This document shows positions 13,601-27,775 of a stretch of 64,000 nucleotides of DNA, one piece after another. Positions within the stretch are counted from its first letter, which is position 1. Every line of letters starts with the position of its first letter. The DNA comes from Octopus sinensis. Its lineage: Eukaryota. The notes below the pieces were generated by a model, which searched no databases, had not been told where the DNA came from, and saw only the letters and a list, made by a program, of their open reading frames with translations. The translations under genes and the position numbers were made by a program. Location: contig NC_043024.1 in the NCBI RefSeq assembly GCF_006345805.1, positions 3,286,001-3,350,000 on the forward strand, read 5' to 3'.

Positions 13601-16600
13601 TTTTCACTAGATTTCAACTGTTTACACTCCAATCTTCTCCAGGTGTCTTGTGATTCATCTTAGTGCCTTGCCTAGGATTGAACTCAAAACCCATAGATGA
13701 CTGCACTACATTATACAATTTCATCCACTAAGCCACACCTACAGGCAATGATTGAGTGGATTTTTGAGGCTTACAAACCTCCATTGATGTCTTATACCAG
13801 CGCTTGTACAGACTGGATACTACAATTCTATATATAGAACTACTACTGTTGTTATTGTGTAGGCGCAATGGCCCAGTGGTTAGGGCAGCAGACTCGCAGT
13901 CATAGGATTGCAGATTCAATTCCCAGACTGGGAATTGTGAGTGTTTATTGAGCGAAAACACTTAAAGCTCTACAAGGCTCCACTAGGGGGTAGTGGTGAA
14001 CTCTGCTGTACACTTTCACTATAACTTTCTCTCACTCTTTCTTCCTGTTTCTGTTGTACCTGTATTTCAAAGGGCCAACCTTGTTACACTCTGTGTCATG
14101 CTGAATCTCCCCAAAAACTACACTAAGGGTATACGTCTCTGTGGAGTGCTCAGCCACTTGCACATTAATTTCATGAGCAGGCTGTTCCATTGATCGGATC
14201 AACTGGAACCCACGTCGTCATAACCAACAGAATGCCACGATGTGAGCTAGCAGAATCGTTAGCATACCAGACAAAATAACACTAACTTCTGAGTTCAAAT
14301 TCTGCAGAGGTCAACTTTGCCTCTCATATATTGATCATTATCAATGTGTTGAGTTTAGCATATTGGATTAGCAGAATTGCTGTATTTAGTCGTGGATCTT
14401 TATATTCTGAGCTCAAATATCACTGAGCTCAACTTTGTCTTTTAATCTTTCCATAGTTGATATAAAAGCAAGTCAAATACTGGGGTCATTTTCAGCTGTT
14501 CACTGGAAACCCCCAACTAAATCTCTGCCACTGGTCATTCTTGGAGCATCTATGAATGTTTTGGGCTTACTCTCTTCATTTAGACCAGGGATTCTCAACC
14601 ATTTTTTAACTATGGACCTCTTTGAGTACTATTTTATTCTGGTGGACCCCTTTCATCATTTTATATTTAAAAACTAGTTTTATAGAAAATGCTTTCAAAA
14701 TTCCTATTTTATTTTTCACACATTAACTTGTGTAGGTTGAACTATGTAAAATGTTAGAGAAAGAAATCCAGCTGTTTCTTGCAATACATACCAATACATA
14801 CATCTAAAGCAAAATTTTCTTAAAGTACTATTGGGGATCTCCAATTTACTATTTTGTTTCATGGACCCCCAAAAATCTTATATGGACCCTGGTTGAGGAT
14901 CACTGATTGTTGTTCCTTCTACATTTGTTTCCTTGTGTAAACATAGGGGACATTACTTTAGCAGAATTGGTAGAGCATCAGACAAAGATGTCTTTTAGTG
15001 TTTGTGCCCCCTGGTGTTTATAGTTTGAATCCTGCTTGGGTCAACTTTGCTTTTCATCCTTTTGGAGTGAATAAAATAAAATACCAGTCAAATTTTGCCA
15101 GAAGGGCAGCAGTTTTTTGGGGGAGGGGAGGAGTTGATTACATCAACCCCAGTGTTCAAATGGTACTTATTTTATTAATCCTGAAAAGAACGTAGTGACA
15201 GTAGAAATAACTGTTTCTTTACTACCCACAAGGGGCTAAACACAGAGAGGACACACAAGGACAGACAAACAGATTAAGTCGATTATATTGACCCCAGTGC
15301 ATAACTGGTACTTATTTAATCGACCCCGAAAGAATGAAAAGCAAAGTCAATCTCGGCGGAATTTGAACTCAGAACGTAGTGGCAGACGAAATACCGCTAA
15401 GCATTTCGCCCAGCTTGCTGCAATTCAACATATTCATAATAACAAAAAGAATTCAATCAAGAAAACAGTTTAATTTCCACAGTGGACCCAGAACATTAAA
15501 GAGTTTCTATTTGATAACGATCCCCTATACATAACCAATGTTGACACACTCCTGACCAACTCAGGCATTTAAGCTAGAGTAAGCTATTTTATTCCCTTTA
15601 AGCATTCAGATTACTCTGTTAAACATGATGTTTATTTATTCACATTGTTTTGAATTAATCATGTATTATCTTGTATGTTTGTTTTTAGAATGGCATTGTA
15701 GGGTAGGTGTGTAGGGTTGGTTTGAACATAAAACAGGTTGAATATTTGGGCTGGATATAGCTAGTTTAAATGCTAAAGGGTTAAAAATCAAACCCATATG
15801 ATCATATTAGGGTAGTTACCCCTATTTCCAGCTGTCCCTCATAAAAATGAAATATGAATATTAAAATCTGGCTTGTTATTTGCATTCATTTATGTATCTT
15901 AAGAGCCTACCTCGCTTTCATGCTCTTGCCTGCCAGGCATTCAGAGAAGCTCAGTCAGGGGCAGTGGTAACAAATGCTTGACCAATGCTTGGTCAATCTA
16001 CTCCAAAGTCAAACATACCTGGCTATATTGAAACAACGGCCACCAAGAGCAGATGGCATAGGTTGAGATTTACAGAACAATAATTATAATAAAAAAATAC
16101 ATTTAAAAAACAAAAATTATTTAAAAAAAGCAAACAAAATAAAAATAAGCACTGAACTGACTGACCTCCATGAGAACAAAGAAAGTCCTGATTGGTGATT
16201 GGCCCCGGTTCAGCAAACGTATTAAATCGATTTATCCATTGTTTGGACACATAAAAATGTAATAAACTGGGCTGAAATGATATAAATTAAATAAATTTAA
16301 ACCAAAGTGCTGAATTAGCTTTTGTTGGGGGGATCAGAGACAAAAGATAAAGGAGTTTCATAAAAAGGGAGAGTGAAGAAAGCAAACTTGCAGCTGTTAT
16401 AGTTGTCATTCCTTCTGAGGGAGGGAGGGGAGCAGGGTTAGTTCCAGGTCAGCTATCATTGAGCAAATCAATGATCAAAGACATTCTAGCTATGAGCAAC
16501 ACCTCTTTCATTCACACACAGTGTATCAGGGATAATATTCTGCAATGTGTCCTTTTATTTTATATATATATTACTAACTTAAGGTGACCCACTACGCGCG

Positions 16601-17416
16601 GTTAAGAGTGTGGTTGTTACTTTCAGTTGCTTCCATTCTGTTTTTTATCACCACATTCTCCCTCTCTGTTTCTCTCTCACTTTCTCACTCTTCCTTTCTC
16701 TCGGACTCTCCTTTGCTTTCTCTTACTCTCTATCTTTATCTATCTATCTGTCTCCCATTTATAAACAACAAAAGATCTTGTGTAAGTTGAGAAAGAAAGT
16801 AGTTTGAAAGATCAATCATAAATATCAAAGCAGACAGCAAACACTAACATTTAAAAGAAATAGACGAACTTGCGAGCTGAAAAAAAAAATATTGGAAACC
16901 AAAGTTTGAAGGGATAGAATCTGAGGATAGTAGAGTCACCATGGCTGGCATTTCTTAACGATGGACAGCAATGTAGTGGCGGTTTAATGGCTGGTGTAAA
17001 ATTTTGAACTTGATGTAAAAGAAAATTCCTAAACACCAAGTTTTGAAGTGATTCTTTCTCACGACACTAGACTCACCATGGCAAGCATTCAAAACTTCTT
17101 CATCATGGACGGCAACACATTGAAGATTTAAAGGCTGGCGCCAATTTTTTAGCTTCATGTAACAGAGAATTCCTAAACACCCGCTCCTGTAAATTTTAAT
17201 CACCTTCCAGCCCCATTTAGACCCCTTTTCACATTTTGGTTAATATAACTCGATTTCATTCGGATCTACTCGGGCCACATTTTCTAAGATGAGGAATTTT
17301 GTCCTAGCGGTCATGCCTTTCATTTGAGGAAAAAAATAGTTGCCATGCAAACTCGCCAGCACTTTTAACATAGGTGTGCATATTTTCAGCTCAACCAACA
17401 ACATAATGCACAAATA

Positions 17417-17451
<35 letters not shown>

Positions 17452-20400
17452 CGTACGCATTATATATATACAAATGTATACAAATTATATATATACATAA
17501 AAAAATTTACTCTACGTCATAAGGTGTGAAGGGTGCCACGAAGACTACATAGGGCAAACGAGCCTTACCCTCAGAGAAAGAATGACAGTTCACTGACAAC
17601 AACTGAGGGACCCCTCCACAAGACAGATACCACTAAGTGGACACTTAGACCTTTGTGCACACAATAAGTCCCCCAAATTCTTAGTCTTCCCACTATACCA
17701 ATGCTCGGACAACACCACAGACCAAACACGAATAAATAGGGAAAGTAATCTTATTCAAAAATACAGACCACAACTAAACATACTCTAACATACCCCCTAG
17801 GCACACATCCAGAGCAAACACACAGACACGCGCAACGTATCATGCAAGCGGACACATGCACGCATCGGCACACATAGGGCGCACTAGCGGGCATTGACCA
17901 CACACGCGCATGCATTATATATATGTATGTTATGTATGTGTGTGTGTGTGTGTGCGTGTGCATTGTGTGTGTGTATGTGTTTATGTGTGTGTTGTGTGTG
18001 TGTATGCATTGTATGTGTGTATATGTGAATGCATTGTTTGTGTGTGTGTGTGGTATGTATATATATATGTGTGTGTACGTTATATATATGTATTTTGTGT
18101 GTGTGTGTGTGTGTGTGTGCATTATATATATATATGTGTGTATATGTGAATATATATATATATATATATATATGTGAAAAAGTGCCACACCCTAGCGGTT
18201 GAGGGAACCTGTGGAAGAGGCAGACCCAGGAAAACCTGGGACGAGGTGGTGAAGCACGACCTTCGAACTTTAGGTCTCACTGAGGAAATGACTAGAGACC
18301 GAGACCTCTGGAAGTGTGCTGTGCGCGAGAAGACCCGGCAGGACAAGTGAGTCCACAACCCGTGGCCTTCTACATGTGATGGAGCCAGCCTACGTATGCA
18401 TACCTTCCCTTCTTGGGACACAAAACTCTACTTGTGAAGACGTGTTGAGGCAAGTGAGGATCAGAATCGAAATCGATCAATGGAAATTGCGGATGTGCTA
18501 CCAGTGCCGGTGGCATGTCGAAACTCTGCTTGTGAAGACCCATTGAGGCAAGTGAGGATCAGAATCGAAATCGATCAATGGAAATCGATCAATGGAAATT
18601 GCAGATGTGTTACCAGTGCCGGTGGCATGTAAGAGAACTTTCCGTTTCGCGACCGTTGCCAGCACCGCCCCGTTTCGTGTCCGTTGCCAGCCTCGCCTGG
18701 CCCTCGTGCCGGTGGCACATAAAAAGCACCATCCGTTCGTGGCCGTTTGCCAGCTCTGTCTGGCACCAGTGCGGGTGGCACGTAAAAAGCACCCACTACA
18801 CTCACGGAGTGGTTGGCGTTAGGAAGGGCATCCAGCCGTAGAAACACTGCCAGATTTGACTGGGCCTGATGAAGCCTTCTGGCTTCACAGACCCCAGTAG
18901 AACCGTCCAACCCATGCTAGCATGGAAAACGGACGCTAAATGATGATGATGATGATGATGATATAAATACAGATATATACACTTTGTATATATACATTAT
19001 ATATACATATTTATATATAGAACACACACACACATAAATTAACCCAATAAATATCTGATTCATAATAATTTGTTCTCATGATTCTGTGGTGGTGGTGGTG
19101 GCGATGATAATTCTCTCTATGAATGCAGACAGATGTAGAGAGAGAGAGTGACAGCGCTGGCGAATGCGGCGGAGGAAAGATAGTAGACGCTGTGAAGCGA
19201 CGTTATAGAGAGAAAGTGAAAGGAAAGGAGGAAAGAGAGATGGAGAAAGACAGGCAGATAAAAGAATGAGAGTAGACTTTCTCTATGAATGCAGACAAAC
19301 GTAGAGAGAGAGAGAGAGAGAGAGCGCTGGTGAAGGCGGCGGAGGAAAGATAATAGACGCTGTGAAATGATGTTATAGAGAGAAAGTGAAAGGAAGGGAG
19401 GAAAGAGAGAGAGATAGAGAAAGACAGGCAGATAAAAGAATGAGCAGACTTGTCAAAGTGTGCGTTTTTTGCCCTAGTAATCCACACCTTTTAAGATACG
19501 GATTTCTAACCTAGCCACTCGCATCTTCACCTCATTTTACATGTCTCTGTAAATTTTGGAGTCAATCCGACAGGATCTAGTGGCCTTTAACCCGTTCCAA
19601 TGCCAAAACCAGACAAACTTTTCGCATTTCAGAATTATATAGACTAGCTTAAGGTGACCCACTCTACGCGCGGGTGATGTTTTGGTTGTTGGACCAATGT
19701 ATTAATGTAGCATTGTTTTAAAACGAAAGAGGCAATGCATTTATTTTAAAAAAAAAAAAGACAAACGTCTGCCAATGGGAAGACAGTTCATATTCGATTA
19801 GAGCACTCTGGGTATAATCATAAAATTGAAAAATGGAATTTTGGAGGCGAATATTGTCGAGGACTCTAAAAAAATAAAGTTTTTTAACCTGCAGGAAGAT
19901 AGTTTAAACCAAAAAAGGCAGACTGTAAACTCACATCTGCAATAGTGTATGAAATTAGAATTCACACCCAGCTCAGTTTTGTAGAAAGTGTATCGCAATG
20001 TGAACGCATGGGTTGGGAGTTTGACTGACAGAGGTTATATGGTGACACATGCCAGTCCTTTCGACACCACCTAAACAATGGAACAGTGTATAAAATGTAA
20101 TTAACAACTCATTCACTTTATGAATGTCTTATGTTGGCGAAGAAACAATAACTTGACAAAACCGTTCAATGGAGACGTAGAAGGAATCGGAAAATGAGGA
20201 ATAAAGAGACAAATGAGTTGGATCAAATGTTTGCAAACATCTTAACCCAATCTTCTTTATGAACCATGTTCTTTTTAATGTCTTTATTTTCAAGAATGAA
20301 GTGATAATCAAGACGTGCAGAAGAAACGACAATCATACAGTGAGAGGGGTGGTGGAAGAAAGAGTAACAGACACTATCAAATGATGTTATAGAGAGAATG

Positions 20401-21487
20401 TGAAAGGAAGGGAGGAAAGAGAGAGGGACGGCGGAAGAAAAGGTCATATATGAAAGAGAGAAGACTTGTCAAAGTGTGTGTTTTTTGCCCTAGTAACCAC
20501 ACCTTTTAAGATAGGGATTTCTAACCTAGCCCACTCGCATCCTCACCTCATTTTACATGTCCCTGTAAATTTTGGAAGAAAGAGTAACAGAGAGACGGCA
20601 AAGCTGTCAAACGTAGTTATAGAAAGAAGGTGGAGGGAAGGGGGAAAAGAGGGAGAACGAGGAAGAAAAGGTGATATATGAAAGAGATGACTGAAAAATA
20701 AAATATTTTGAAGCCTAAAGATGATTTGGTTTACAATGAGAAAACGAATGAAATAGTTAAGAAGTAAATATTTAAAAACTGGAAAATTTTTCAAATTTAC
20801 CAACAAATTTTTGTCAACGACGGTTGCCTTGAGCATACAAATAAATTCTTTAAATCTTTTATCCACGCAAAATAACATATCTTCTGATAAATAATATCTG
20901 TTATAATTATGCGGTGGTGGTGGAAGATAATAATTCACCTTTCTGATAGACCTGTGGTGGGAATATTTAAACTTTTGCGGCTGTCACGTTTCAAGAGAAA
21001 GTAATAATGAGTGAATGAGAATAACGACGAAGGGTTTAAAAAGCGTAAAAATATTTAATGCGGCAGAGGAAAGATAGTAGACACTATCAAACGACGTTAT
21101 AGAGAGTAAGTGAGAGGAAGGGAGGAAAGAGAGAGGAGAGAGAGAGAGATGGAGGAAGACAGGCAGATAATAGAATTTCGATGGCAGCGGGGGAAAGATA
21201 ATAGACGCTGTGAAACGACGTTATAGGGAGAAGGTAAGAGGTAGGGAGGAAAGAGAGAGAGATGGAGAAAGACAGACACATAAAAGAATGAGAGTAGACT
21301 TGTCAAAGTGTGCATTTTTGGCCCTAGTAACGACACCTTTTAAGATAGGAATTTCTAACCTAGCCCACTCTCATCCTCACCTCATTTTACATGTCCCTGT
21401 AAATTTTGGAGTCAATCTGACGGGATCTAGTGCCCTTCAACCCGTTCCTATGACAAAACTAGACAAACAAACTTTTTGCATTTCAGA

Positions 21488-21520
<33 letters not shown>

Positions 21521-21798
21521 ATGGGAAGGTTTACGAAAATAAACAAAAGACGAAGGCAGGTGGAGTACAAACAAACAAATGTATTAGTATGGCGCTCAGG
21601 AATAGAAATAGAACAAGTCTTTTACGTTTCGAGCCTACGCTCTTCAACATAAAGATACACAGAGGAAAGATTTGGATGCTGTTTCTAGCAAGTAGAATGA
21701 CCAAAAACAGGTCCTCTGAAGGTTTATTCCTGAGAGTTTTTTTTTTTATGTTTATATTTGTCCTTAATTTTCTTCTACTAGAACAAATCTGAAAAGAA

Positions 21799-21831
<33 letters not shown>

Positions 21832-24800
21832 AATATATATATTGGTAAAAACAGTAAGATAACAAAAGAATGAAAGAGACCTCAATATTATGTAAATAGA
21901 GGAAATTTATGTGTAAAATAATGTGACAATTATTCGGTAGCCATGATAAAACTCTGAGTTTCAGATGCCGAGGTGGAAATCCACAACACCATCTCTTCGG
22001 TTATCTGGCCATCTGAAAAACGCTATGAAAAAAGACAGTTATACAAAGGGAAATTATTGTGTTATAGTCCGCTATTATATAAAAACGCTAATTCAATGAC
22101 CGCCAATTAAAATAAGGTTAAAAGTTCATAGTAAACATGTAAGCATGCCTGCTCGTGCACCCATGTGCGTACGTATACATCACTATGAAAACGTATACAT
22201 CTTCACTTGCATTTTTTACCAAGTGTATATGCATATATATACAAACTCATACACACACACACACCATAAAAGTTCATACATACGTCTACATATGCACAAA
22301 CACAAGACATGGTTAAGGGTAACAATACAAAAAAAAAGCATAAGGAAGTATACAAACAGTAAACCATGTTCATATATGGACATACCCTTATGCATGCATG
22401 CATGCACACACACACACACACACGCGCGCGCCCATATATGTACATACCCGCACATGTTTATATACGCATACACACACACATGCACAAAAAGGATATACAT
22501 ACACCCCAAAAAAACTGGAAAAATTGTAAAAATACTGAGTAAAAACGTTTATATATATATATATATTCTTATGCCTGCACACACGCACACATTTATATAC
22601 ATAAATACCCGCCCACTCGTACATATTCACACATGTGTAAATGAATCCATATACACGTCTATATAGGTACAAGGAAAAATGCAGGATGGAAGGTAGAGTA
22701 CAGAAAAAATTATTGTGTATAAATATAAAAATATATATATGAAAAACATAAAAGGTATAATGAGATAAAAAAAATTTTGCGTGGACATAATATAGAAAAC
22801 AAGTTCTATCTGTAGTCTTGGGGGCACCAAAAACGTAACAAAAATTTGGTCACATATGGGCATGATCCGAAAAGTTCTGTCCTTGAGTTTAGACATGTAG
22901 CAGGGTCTAAACTGCTTTTCCAGATAAGCCATCTTTCTATGTTGCATAGACCGCACTTTCTGCTGTCGTTGGTGTAGGGCTTACATTTGGCTAAAATCTT
23001 CCAATGGATGTTGTAACTAACACCTTTATCTTTTAATGACCATATGTGATTGGATAATTTTGTTGCTTTCCTTTTGTCCCAGTGCCTAAAACTCAAAGTG
23101 TGGTTATTAAACCTGGCCTTGAAATTACCTCCTGTAAGGCCCACGTATTTCTTTGTCGAAACGGTGTCTTTAGTGGGTATAGAGTCCACGGTAGCTTCGT
23201 AGATGATGGTCTCAGACATGCAAGCTCCATTTAGTGGGCACAATTTTCCAGATAAGCCATCTTTCTATGTTGCATAGACCGCACTTTCTGCTGTCGTTGG
23301 TGTAGGGCTTACATTTGGCTAAAATCTTCCAATGGATGTTGTAACTAACACCTTTATCTTTTAATGACCATATGTGATTGGATAATTTTGTTGCTTTCCT
23401 TTTGTCCCAGTGCCTAAAACTCAAAGTGTGGTTATTGAACCTGGCCTTGAAATTACCTCCTGTAAGGCCCACGTATTTCTTCGTCGAAACGGTGTCTTTA
23501 GTGGGTATAGAGTCCACGGTAGCTTCGTAGATGATGGTCTCAGACATGCAAGCTCCATTTAGTGGGCACAATTTTTTATTCCTGCATGAACATCTGTTTT
23601 CGTGTTGTGTTTTTTGTGTGTTATGTGTGATTATATTTTTTAATTTGGTAGTTGAACTAAAACTAATTTTTAAATTGTGTTTATTGAAGAGCTTCCTGTA
23701 AGTATAGTTAACTGGAAAATGTCTATCTATCATTGAATTATTGTTTTTATATAAGTAGCAGACTATAACACAATAATTTCCCTTTGTATAACGGTCTTTT
23801 TTCATAGCGTTTTTCAGATGGCCAGATAACCGAAGAGATGGTGTTGTGGATTTCCACCTTGGCATCCGAAACTCAGAGTTTTATCTTGGCTACCGAATAA
23901 TTGTCATATTATTTTACAGATATATATAAATATAAAAGAACACAAATAAGGTTCACTACAGCTGTTTCATACAGGTTTTTTTGCTGATGAATAAATTGAC
24001 TGCATCATGATAGAAACCATTTCCTTCAGGTGAATTAAAAACTTGGTTCAGAAAATACCGAGATGTGGAATGTATGTGGACCCTCTTACTTTGGCAGATC
24101 CCTATGTTGTATCTGGAACTCACAGTAGATTGTGAAATTGCGTACCAGCCTGCATGTGTATATAATTTCATATACACGTATACTTATATGGTTGTGTGTA
24201 ATGATTTGTTCATGTACATGTATAAGTGTTAACAGATGTCTGCATACGCATTGAAATGAATGTCAGTATACAGTATATACACAGCTGTGCTAATCTTGAC
24301 TGACCATATGTCCTTCCTTTTAAAATACCTTGAATCAAATGAATCCTACAAAAGTTACAGGATGAAGTACTGAAGGACGACCTGGGAGCACTGAACTTAT
24401 CAGATGAGATAACAAAGGACTGAGATACTAGGCACCCTGCTGTACTCAAAATGACCCATACTCCACAGTAGAAGTGTTAAGGCCACCCTGCCCCACCACT
24501 CCAGTGCAGTGGATTGGCCTGCAAGAATTCTGTGCTGGCACCACATAAAGAGCACTGCTAGTGCTGCATAGAAAGCACTCGGTTCACACTGTAAAATGGT
24601 TGGTGTTTGGAAGGGCATCCAGCAACAAAAACAATCCCGAAACAAGCTGTGCTGGTGCCATGCAACAAAGCACTAAGTTCACTCTGAAAGGTGGTTGGTG
24701 TTAGGAAGGGCATTCAGCCATGAAAACAAGGCTAAAACAGACAGTGAATCCTGGTACAGCTCTCCTGCTTGCCAGCCCTGGTCAAACCATCCAACCCACG

Positions 24801-25785
24801 CCAGCATGGACAACAGATGTTAAATGATGATGATTATATATATATATTATATATATATATATATATATGTATATGTATATTCTTTTATTTGTTTCAGTCA
24901 TTTGACTGCGGCCATGCTGGAGCACTGCCTTTAGTTGAGTAAATCGACCCCAGGACATATTCTTTGTAAGACTAGTACTTATTCTATTGATCTCTCTTGC
25001 CAAACAACTAAGTTACGAAGACGTAAACATACCACCATTGGTTGTCAAGTGATGTTGGGGGAGACAAACACAGATACACAACCATATACATACGTATACA
25101 TATATCGCCATGTTGATTCATTAGCTACTGCACGCATTTTTTTTCTCTCCTTCTTTCTGTGTTTTTCTCTCTCTGTGTATCTTTCTGTTGAAGAGCGTAG
25201 GCTCGAAACGTTAAAGACTTGTTTTATTTATATTTCCTGAGCGCCATACTAATACAATTGTTCGTTTGTTTTCCACCTGCCTTCGTCTTTTGTTTATTTT
25301 CATAAAGCTTCCCGTTATATATATATATATATATATACACGACAGGCTTCTTTCAGTTTCTGTCTACCAAATCCACTCATAAGGCTTTGGTCGACCCGAG
25401 GCTATAGTAGAAGACACTTGCCTAAGGTGCCACGCAGTATGACTGAACCCGGAACCATGTGGTTGGTAAGCAAGCTACTTACCACACACATTATACACAC
25501 ACACACGAAGGTGCATGGATCAGTGGTAATGGTGTTGCACTCACAATTTCAAGATCATGGGTTTAATTCTCAGACCGGGCATTGTGTTGTGTTCTTGAGC
25601 AAAGCACCTCATTTCCTGTTGCTCTGCGATCATTTTCTCATCTGACATGTGACACCCATTGCACCTGTACAGGTAATGTCGATTTCATGGGGTGGGGGAT
25701 GACCTTGTGTCTACACAAACAAATCATCTGTGTAATAAGAAATAGTGGAACCCTCATATGTCATCTAACGACGGGAGGGTCCATC

Positions 25786-25820
<35 letters not shown>

Positions 25821-27454
25821 TGCATACATATATATATCGTTTAGACATTGGAGTAGGATGTGATGCTCCAACCAGTTGGATCCCATCACACCATCCAACC
25901 AATGCTAACATGAAAAGCGACCATAAAGTGATGATAATGATGGTATGGGGTTGTGCCTATTGCAAAATGATCCAATGGCATTATACGTTTGCTTCAAGGA
26001 AGGTCCAGAATCGAAACAAAAACTTACTTCTCGCTCCTCCATCAAAGCCATTGCACTCTCTCTCATCGGTAACATATGTTCATTTTGTTTCCTGGTTGAA
26101 GGGAAGAAATACAGAAATAAATATCTGACATAAAAAAAACAAACAAATAAAAACAAAACAAGTAGAAAATGTTCTAAATTCAACCCCTGCTGACGTCAAC
26201 TTGTTTGTCTTTCATCCTTCCTGAGGTTGAGAAAATAACTGTAACTAGTTGAAGCACAAAGTCAGCAATTTTGAAGGGATGGGGTTAGTCAATGCCGCCA
26301 ACACCAGAGAGGTGAAAGGCAAAGTTTACCTGAGTAGAATTGAAATCAGAATATAAAGAATCATAATAACTACTACAAAATATTTCCATCTGATGCTCTA
26401 CCATGTGGTTGAGAAGCAAGGTGTATATATATATATATGTTAATAAAATAGAACATATGCATATATATAAACATATATGTACGTACCTACCTCTACATGT
26501 ACATATACACGCATATATGTGTACAGGACACCAAAAAGACGTCAAACACATAGAGAGACGAAACACATAGACACAAACCAAGGAACAAGACAAGCAAAAA
26601 AAAGAGAGATACAGGACAATAAGCACAACGAAAAATCCCCTTCTTCAGTCGCTAAGGTTTCATCTACTAAACGTTTCGAAGGATAAAAGCGAGACGTATA
26701 CTTCGAAGAAAACTTCCTTCCCGCGAAAAGCAAATCAATTAAAATTCTGAGATCTTTTCGCAGAGGGGTAAAAAAAAAAAAAGGCAAGACGGTAACGACA
26801 GTACAAACATATAAACAGTAAAAAATATATATATAAACAGTGGAAAAATAAAAATATAACAGTGAGAGACAGGACAAGGAGAACAAGATAAGAAGGGCTG
26901 TTAACGCCAGACGAAAAAAGTATTGCAAACGCTGGATTATCGTGGACGACGAGAGAGAGAAAATGTGTCGACCAGTAGCCTTAGAAGGCGGGCGAGAAAA
27001 GACAGGATAGCAGTTACGACGGAAGTATCGTCGCAGATGGACGACGGGAATGGGGGAGGAGGAGCAAGAGGAAATATATATATATATATATATATGGAGG
27101 CACAATGGCCCAGTGGTTAGGGACACATGGTTTCGATTCCCAGACTGGGTGTTGTGAGTGTTTATTGAGCGAAAAACACCTAAAGCTCCACGAGGCTCCG
27201 GCAGGGGATGGTGGCGAACCCTGCTGTACTCTTTCACAACTTTTTCTCACACTTTCTTCCCGTTTCTGTTGTACCTGTATTTCAAAGGGCCAGCCTTGTC
27301 ACACTTTGTGTCATGCTGAATGTCCCCAAGAACTATGTTAAGGATACACGTGTCTGTGGAGTGCTCAGACACTTGCACATTCATTTCACAAACTCGCTGT
27401 TCCATTGATCGGATCAACTGGAACCCTCGTCATCGTAAGCAACAGAGTGCCACT

Positions 27455-27526
<72 letters not shown>

Positions 27527-27742
27527 TACAAGGGGTGTTGAAAAGTTCCTTGCTTTGGGTATAATAAAATACAGGAGGACCAGTTAATTATGATTTTATT
27601 CAACATATTCCCCTTTCAGATTCACACACATATTGCAGCAGTCGTTCAGTTTTTCTAAGCCCTGTAAATATACTTGGAAGGTTGGGCCTCCAACCAGGTC
27701 TTTCATGATACCCTTAAAGCCAGGAACTTTTCAGGACCCCTC

Positions 27743-27775
<33 letters not shown>

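Noticed and set aside
13862-13935. tRNA-like cloverleaf heads (also 13285, 27096 and family A heads)
   Set aside because: They run into SINE bodies and have degenerate stems, so they are not tRNA genes
26560-27070. Element with GAAACGTT followed by CTGAAGA on the minus strand (type II hammerhead order)
   Set aside because: Stem I does not pair convincingly and stem II needs several wobbles or mismatches; cannot be supported without a family consensus
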